A stretch of 64,000 nt of DNA from Anthoceros angustus (Eukaryota > Plantae > Anthocerotophyta): positions 2,344,776 through 2,408,775 of the forward strand of contig VJWM01000044.1 of assembly GCA_010909165.1 (NCBI GenBank), written 5' to 3'. The stretch's first letter is position 1. Every line of letters starts with the position of its first letter. Below are positions 56,775-64,000 of the stretch, in pieces. Under the pieces are notes generated by a model. That model was not told the origin of the DNA. It saw only the letters and a program-made list of their open reading frames with translations, and searched no databases. The position numbers and the translations under genes were made by a program.

Positions 56775-59652
56775 GATTCCCTTCTCCTTCCTCCTTCCTT
56801 TTCCTCCCCCCTCCCCTCCTCCCTTCCCTCCCCCCAGCACTACCCACCATTCCACTCGAATGTCTTCCGTTGTAGTGGCAGCCGCTCTGCACCTTCTGCG
56901 GCTGCTGCTTCTGCCGCTGGAGAAGAGTTTAGATCACCGGCTGCTGCTTCCTGTTTCCCTTTTCCTGTCCTGCCGTTTCTTTCCTTTTTCCGCCTTCTCT
57001 TCAGCCGTTGTTTGTCTTCCCAATTTCCTCGCCTCGCCGCCCTTTCTATGTATGTTGCTACCTACCCACCCTCCCTTCCTTCTCTCCCTCCCTTTGCCAG
57101 GATAGAAGCAGATCTCTCTAGACTAGTGCAGTAGTGAGTAGGTAGCTATGTAGAACAATCACCACCATTAAGCCTGCACCTCCTGCAGTTGCAAAATTGG
57201 ACACCTGCAGGCAGGTAGATGAGACGAGATGAGACGAGATGATCACTCTGTGTGTAAAGTATGATGTTGCCCCTGTCGCTCGACATTCTTTAACGAGCAC
57301 AGATAGAGGTTGAGTGCCTCCTTCTCTGACTGATTGTGAGTAGCCAGCCAACCAGCCAGCCAGCCAACCAGCCAGCCAGGTAGACCTGTTAGCGTAGTGT
57401 AGTTCTAGTCTTTTTTTCTTCTTCTCTCTTGATTTGCAGTTCCAGTTCCAGTGCTGCTGAGGGCGCTTACGCACCATGGAATATTGGGTTAGAGATGACT
57501 AGTATGGCTCTCCCTTATCACGCTCACTGCGAGCGCATCTGGGATTTACACTTCTCGAGGTGCGCCAAGGGATGCCATCCGAGCTAAGCTGGTGCACGAA
57601 ACCGATGGATGTTGATTTAGCCTCTCACCCGTCACAGCCTCAGTCAAAGTAAAAGTCGGTCGCCCGAATTGCAGCTTGTGGAGCTAGGGCTGCTGGCATG
57701 GCTGCTCAACTTGAGGCTTGTGTTAGAACCCGGTGCGTAGGCGCCCTGCCCTGAAACACAGGACCAGGGACCAGGCCAAGGGCAAGGGCAGGAGCAAGGT
57801 TATGGCAAGGCAAGGCAGATCTTGGATGTACGTAGTCAGACAGACAGTGTGTGCAACAACACGTGAGTTTCTCCTGTTTGTTGTGCCTCTTACAAAGTGT
57901 GGCAGGCCTTATAACTTTTCCTTGCTCTGGCTGATGACTGAGGAACTTTTTATATGCGACTCCGAAGGTAGGCAAGGCATCCATTCATTCATTTGTGGTA
58001 GTAAATTTTTTTTTGCTGCATCTGCTGCAGCTCCGATTTCTTGGCTGATAGTGTGGTGACATTACTACTTTTCTTCCGCTACTACACCCGCTTTTGCTCC
58101 CTGCCTTTGCCTTGCCTTTTACCTTGCCTATCCTTGCCTTGCACTTCACTCTGCCTCGAGCCTGCCCTCTTGTGTGAACCTTCTGTACTGTAGTGTGTGT
58201 GTGCAGTCTCGATCCGGACCTGGCTGTCTCCTGCCTGCCTGCCATGAGGGAGGTGCATTGCTTAAGTGTGGAGGTGAGGCGCAAGGACCAGCGTCTCCCT
58301 CATGCTGTGTATGCCGCTTCACAGCTCATTTTCCTGCATGCCGAATGTACAGCAGCTTTTGCTTCAACAGTTGGTGTGTTTTGCGTGCAATCATAGCCGG
58401 TGCACTGCAGTTCAGTGCAGTGCCGCTTCGCTGGAATGTCTTTCTGTCTGTCCCTCCAGGGATTCTCCCTCCGTGACCGAGGAGGGAGATCCGGACTGTG
58501 CCTCTACCTCTGCCCCTGCTTCTCATCACACCTCCTGCCCTTGTTGATTCCTTCCGTCGATCTGTGCTGGACCTGCAGGCTAGACGTCTCATCAACGCAG
58601 CAGCATCAGCTCGTGGTTGCGGGGCCAGCTTGAAGCCCATGATTGGTGCAAGCTTGTATACCCGCCTCCCGCATTATCACTGCCTGCCTAGCTTCTAGCT
58701 AGCTACCTTGCTGCGCATCCGACTCATTCATTGCCGAACCAACGAATCTGAGGGATCTCTCTCTCAGCTTGCCTGCAACTCATGGGAATGGCGAAGGCGA
58801 GATCACACAGCCTGGCTGGACCCTCCGACCGTATCCTGCACTCATCACCGATGGGCTGGCTGCCTGGCCGCCTGCCTGCCTGCCTGCAAGCGCTGCCCAG
58901 GGCTGACATTCCGTCACACTGCACAGGGAGGCCACGTACTCTCAGTACATACGTGTACACACTTCATCAGTGTCACCATGGGAAGGTGATGATCACCCAA
59001 GGAGACGGACTGCAGTGGATGGGAGGGATCCCACCTTTCAACTCTGCTATGCCTTTGTTACACTACTGCTGCTCGCTTGTACTCTCAGCTTTCTTCTCTA
59101 AGAAATCCGTTTTCGAATGCGAATCTCTGGGTCCAGATCCATGGAAAGGAAGAGATGCTTGTGTACATGTGTAAAAGCTGCAGGCTAACATCGTCTCACT
59201 TCAGACGCACCTATCTGTTCCAGATCCACCACACCACTCCGTGTTCGACACGTACAGCGTTTTCGCCTCACAAAATCGTTCAAAACACCTCCGCTCATGC
59301 GCTTTTCGAAATAGCTGTTGGCAACTAAGTCTCGTGTATAAATTTCCATATTTCATTGCGTTCATGAAGCGTGCCGCCTATTTAAATATGTTACCTTTCC
59401 CTGCACGATGCATGCAGGAAAACCCTCCAATAGAAATGCCGCCTTTCCACCGCTCTATACCCACACTTATCTGCTTCCATCTGAATCGTGCAAGCCGTTC
59501 TCGCAAACCTCCTCACTCACGACGCACACAATATTTAAAAATTAGCATTATCTACTTTGTTCTTTTTAGAGGTTTACGCCTACAAACGTAATTTAATGAG
59601 TACATAATTTTACTAGTATTTGCTCCGATATGAAGACATACCGGTACCAATG

Positions 59653-59815
59653 TTATGGCCTTTAGTAGGCTTCTGTCCCCGTTCTTCCTTTGATATCTTG
59701 CTCCTTTCCAATAAAAATATCGGTATATTATATGGCCTTTAGTAGGCTTTTGTCCCAAGTTGTTTCCGGGTATGTTCTTGTGATATCGTGCTCCTTTCCA
59801 CTTAAAATATCGTCT
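59653..59815. repeat. Short tandem duplication (ATGGCCTTTAGTAGGCTT...GCTCCTTTCCA...AAAATATCG, two copies)
   Basis: Two related units of about 80-90 bp visible directly. Confidence 0.7.
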
Positions 59816-60049
59816 TTTGTATGCTTATGTCCTGGTTCTCAGAGTTAGTTCTAACTGGCGTCCATCTGGCGTCCATCGCCTTGCGACTTTATCATGGCCC
59901 ACGCTTCACCGTGAGCACGCTATCACGGTTACCTGGAGGGTCGATTTCCGTATGTGGGTCATGATAAGACGTTTCGGCACTTCGAGTTCAGACTCTAGGT
60001 GAGGCCACTCCCGGGCCTAACCAAATTCTTCATTCTTGCAGCTCAAATT

Positions 60050-62000
60050 GGATGACATTAATTTGCCGAAGACCTGCTCGCTTCCATCTGGGGCCTAGAC
60101 ATGTGTATTAGGAGAGTTTTCACCATGCTTCTATTTGTATAGCCGTTGCACTGAATTGGAAGATCAGAACTAGTTCAACTTATGTTGTCGCTAGCTCATT
60201 CGAAATGGGATGCCGAGCAGAAGATGCAAGGTTTGCTGGCTAGTTTGGGCAACAATTTTCTTAGACATCACTTGGACAGGCGACGGCTGGACATCGCTAT
60301 TTCTCCGATGATGAGATGTCGCCTCAATCAACCATGGCTAGTGCACTACAAGAATAGAGGGTCTTTTATAAGATTCAAATCGAAGGCCATGAGTCAATTT
60401 GGGGCGAAGGAGGTTTTACAACTGGGTTATAAGAAAATATTTTGGCTAAAAAATACGACCATTTACAATTAGGGCAGAGATCTTCGAAAATATCCACCAC
60501 ATCGCTACAACAGTATCAAGCACCTCGCAATCCTTTAAAGTGACTTGCACATACGGGAATGTGGTTGTGAAGAACGTGGCAAGGAAAGTAAATCATAAGA
60601 GCTTCCCCATAATGCTAAGGAAGGATCAATCAAAGGTTTCATATGCAACGATATCGCAAGTGTGCTCCATTGTGGCTAACAAACCTAGGCTATTTTATAA
60701 GAGAGCTCTTACATTATTTTATTATTATTTAGAAATTTCATTGTACACCTAAGTTTGTCATGATGATATGTAATTGTTCATGTTATGTAGTCAGGGTTGT
60801 CCATGTATGCATCATTCTTGATTGTGATAGAGATAAGTTGTTATGCCTTAATAGTTCAATGGCAATCTTTGCAGCTCTAACGGCGCACGAAAAGCCGTTC
60901 CTTATGGCTTATTCCTTGCGGGAGCAGATTCGGGCGAATCTGCCCTAGGCCCATTCCTTGCGGCTCTAACAAAGTTGCAAATCTAGTGATCAAGCACCTA
61001 GGCCATAGAAATATCATTAAAGTGGTCGTCAAAAATCAATACCAATGATCGAGTTGTGACCACAATGAAGCATTGCCTGCATCTGAAAATCACTTTGAAC
61101 ACTTGGCATAAAGTCTTTGGCATGGTCCTCAGTGCAAGGCTATGGATTGAATACTTCAAATTTATGGATATTCATCCATAACTTCACACTATGAATCTCA
61201 TCTATTGCATGGAAATGCCATACTCTAGTATCAAGCTCACCCTATAGATTCTTAATGTTCTTCGGAAGTAAAAAATCATCTCTTTCAGGGACTGCTTGAG
61301 GATTACGATGCTTCCTTGAGAAAACATTGGACTCATGCTTAATTATGATCCAGAAAGTTGTCGTATGTTGCTCCGCAACTGGTATTTCACTCACTCCTTC
61401 TTAACATCACACAAGTAAAAAGCGAGGGTGCAGTTTGCACCTGAATTGCTAGGAAGAAAACCATGACAATATTGTCTTGTTGAATCAATGTGGCGCCTTT
61501 CATGAAGTCTAGATTATTTTACCAACACCAGGAACATTTCGAGTTGGCTTACAAACACTATAAATGGGAACCCACGCTTCTTACTCTCTTTGCACGCAAT
61601 CTAGGAGTGCCTATTGCAAATGCTTGTCTTTGGCTTGTTAGTAAGATTAACACAAACTTCCGAATCAATGGAATTGTACATATTTCAGGTAATCATAAGC
61701 ACAGTTGAACTTAATGTAATTGCAAGGACATGTAGGAGAGATGGCATTGCGCTTATGCCTAACCTTGTCCACACAATTTCACTCTTAGCAACTTTGTCGG
61801 GAAGAATTTCGATTTCTCTTCACTAGCAACGAAATTTTGATATTCGGTCCAAGGAAATAAGTTTTCATAGGATAAACCGTTTTCCGGACGATGTGCACGA
61901 CATCTTGCCATTTTAAGGTTTCTTGATGAGAAGGTCCTGGACAGGGAGTCTGCACAATAAAAGGACACAATTGAGGCCGCACAACGTTAGGTTTTATTGC
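60050..62000 (-). mobile_element. Heavily decayed Mutator-like (MULE) transposase remnant
   Basis: Minus-strand ESKKRGFPF...HERRHIDSTRQYCHG resembles the KRGC...HxDxxGxxCHG N-terminal motif of MULE-type transposases; many stops, AT-rich. Confidence 0.4.
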
Positions 62001-62399
62001 ACTTTCAGCTTCAACGACACTTCCTCTCAAATGATTGTTTCCGACAATCTGACTCTCATAATTGTGAGATCATCTTAGCAGAATTCAATTTCATTGGTTG
62101 CACAAAACAACCCAATGTCGTTATTAGTTATAGGATTCGATCCCAAGGAAACGTGTTAGTGTCAATGCTGCAACTTCTGCCTCGACTACACTATCTTCCT
62201 ATTCATAATTCCACCTTAGCTAACCACCGTGGGTCACCTTTGATCACGGTACCCATGTTTGGGAGTTCACGACACCATCCACATAGGGTGCTAATGCTCG
62301 ATTTTGACCACTCAGGTTTGGACCCTACAAGTACAGGGTACCATACTTCTCCCCCATTCCCGCCTTCCTTCCACTTTGCCTCAATTCAATCATTCTCTT

Positions 62400-64000
62400 T
62401 CTCGTCGCTATGTCGGTTACACTGAACGCAACGTTTTGGCTTGCAAGATATGGCTGGCGAGGCTAGTTAGCCCCATTTTCAGGTTTCACGGGTTTTCCGA
62501 ATCGCCCTACTCATCTAGCCATCTCCCGGCTTTCGCTCTCCCTTTGAGGGTCCACAACAGCCTTATCACCACTTCGGCCTGCACACACACAATTTCAGAG
62601 GAGTTGGTCACGCAACTTTGGACGATCCAAGCACCACACCGTGTTAGAGCGTGGCCGCAGACAACATCACGTGGTTGCTTCAGTCCGGGCCGCCAAGGTT
62701 GGAGGGAGGTCTGGCTAGAACATGGATTTGCTTAGCAAGGTTTTGTCCATGGAGAGACTCCAAGAGTTCTCTTATTGTGGCGACTTTTTATGGCCAGCAT
62801 AATCCCGTGGTCGTTGTAGGAAGAAGTCCGTTCCCAAGGGAATGATAGGCTCCGTTTACGCGTTTGGTGATTCCTCACTACCTTTTCGTTCGCTCGCTCA
62901 CACTAACTACTCTAGCGTTCGCCCAGGCCGGTATGGCCAAGCGTTTGAGACCGTTCGGCGTCGTATCGTTCACATCGTCACTCACACATCAGTCCTTTCC
63001 TCTCTCCCTCACGCTACACTCCTCGGTCTTTAGAAAAGGCCGCGGGTTACAGTCAGGACCTCCTCGTCGTTCGCGGGCCTCTCGTCCAGACTCTGCCGCC
63101 TCCGAGTTCCTCGGCTCACGTTCGATCCGATTCGGTCTTTGCGGCTCCGGACGAGCACGGGTCACCGATCACCCTTCCACCGCACACACCACAACACGTT
63201 AGGTCGTCACGGGACCACGATCAATCTCCCGGGCATGGGACCTTTCGGTGACTCGGGACTCACGTTAGCAAGAAGACACACAAAGGTGCGCAGAGAGCAG
63301 CATCAACACCAAGAGAAAGATGATTTATTGGTGCCTTAGCCCTCTTATACTCGAAGGTCGGCGCCTTTATTACACCTCTATTACTGAGGGGGCCGTGTGC
63401 CTAACCACCGCCTACTACCCTGCCTATTCACTATCGCGTCGGTGGTGGTGGGATAGCCCCCATTCCTTCTTGGCACCGGCCCAAAGCGCCACATGTGCAG
63501 GCGCACCCAATCGGATGATCCGAGACCCTTCCTCTTCAGGGTGCATCGGTGCGCCACCGGCGGCGACAGCAGCGATCACCACCAAGTCTTCCTCGTCCTC
63601 CCCTCTTGTGGCTCATGCTCACCCAAGAGCTACATCAGTCTACCACATCCCTGGTCGGGCGTATTGGAACGATAAATAAGAGAACCAAGCCTTGGAGTAT
63701 ATGCATGCGGACCTGCCAGTACCATCTCCAAATCGGCATGATCCTTTGGAGTGCCCAGGCGATCGTCAACTTACAATCGATCCGGGGCCTCGAGAAGGTG
63801 TGCTGTTTGTCTTTACCTCCCCTCAAGTTTGTACTTAAATACGTATATCGAGGAATGTATTTTTAGCGATGAATCACAAGTGTGCCGCCTTTTGCGGATC
63901 TCGTCTGACTATGTGCAATGATAGGACAACTCTTCACGACATCTACCATTTTAAAGTGTCACTTGCGCTTTGGTGTACGGCCATAAGCGGTTGTGTCATT
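62400..64000. other. Probable decayed retroelement-derived sequence
   Basis: No intact ORF; LTR-like composition with a TATAAGAGGG motif on minus at about 63340. Family not assignable by eye. Confidence 0.25.

Noticed and set aside
58719-58731. CCGACTCATTCAT resembling the conserved loop-proximal segment of MIR319/159 precursors
   Set aside because: No mature miR319/159 sequence and no complementary arm nearby.
62133-62144. tRNA B-box-like GGATTCGATCCC
   Set aside because: No cloverleaf, A-box or acceptor stem around it.

Overview
Eukaryotic nuclear DNA from a gene-dense, GC-rich land plant with mostly short (about 80-110 nt) introns. A non-seed, flagellate-sperm lineage is inferred from an LRRC46-like ciliary gene, a non-classical CHASE receptor and a PHD-bearing Ty3/gypsy element; a hornwort or other bryophyte is my best guess and is inference only. 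Recognisable genes in order: PRA1.H (5' truncated), LRRC46-like (-), intronless M32 carboxypeptidase (+), secreted polyphenol oxidase (+), membrane-anchored HNH-like protein (+), RMT2 (-), CTPA1 (+), IRE-type AGC kinase (+), CHASE hybrid histidine kinase (-), GH18 class V chitinase (+), TL20.3 pentapeptide protein (+), YrdC/YciO-like protein (+), ZF-HD transcription factor (+). A transposon nest at about 11.3-20.5 kb holds an internally deleted RLE-type (CRE-like) non-LTR element with a 25-bp hairpin array, and a full-length Ty1/copia (LTRs, PBS, PPT, GCAAG target duplication) inserted into the integrase of a PHD-finger gypsy. Decayed MULE-like and other repeat sequence fills about 59.3-64 kb. 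No rRNA, tRNA or CRISPR array is supported. Frameshifts in GC-rich parts of CTPA1 and ZF-HD look like assembly indels. Best leads: the toxin-like HNH gene, a miR477-complementary site just upstream of the ZF-HD ATG, the PHD-gypsy, an atypical secreted PPO, a putatively GPI-anchored chitinase and a Cys/His insertion in the CHASE kinase receiver domain. Exon boundaries were worked out by hand and homology calls are from recognition of motifs, not database searches.
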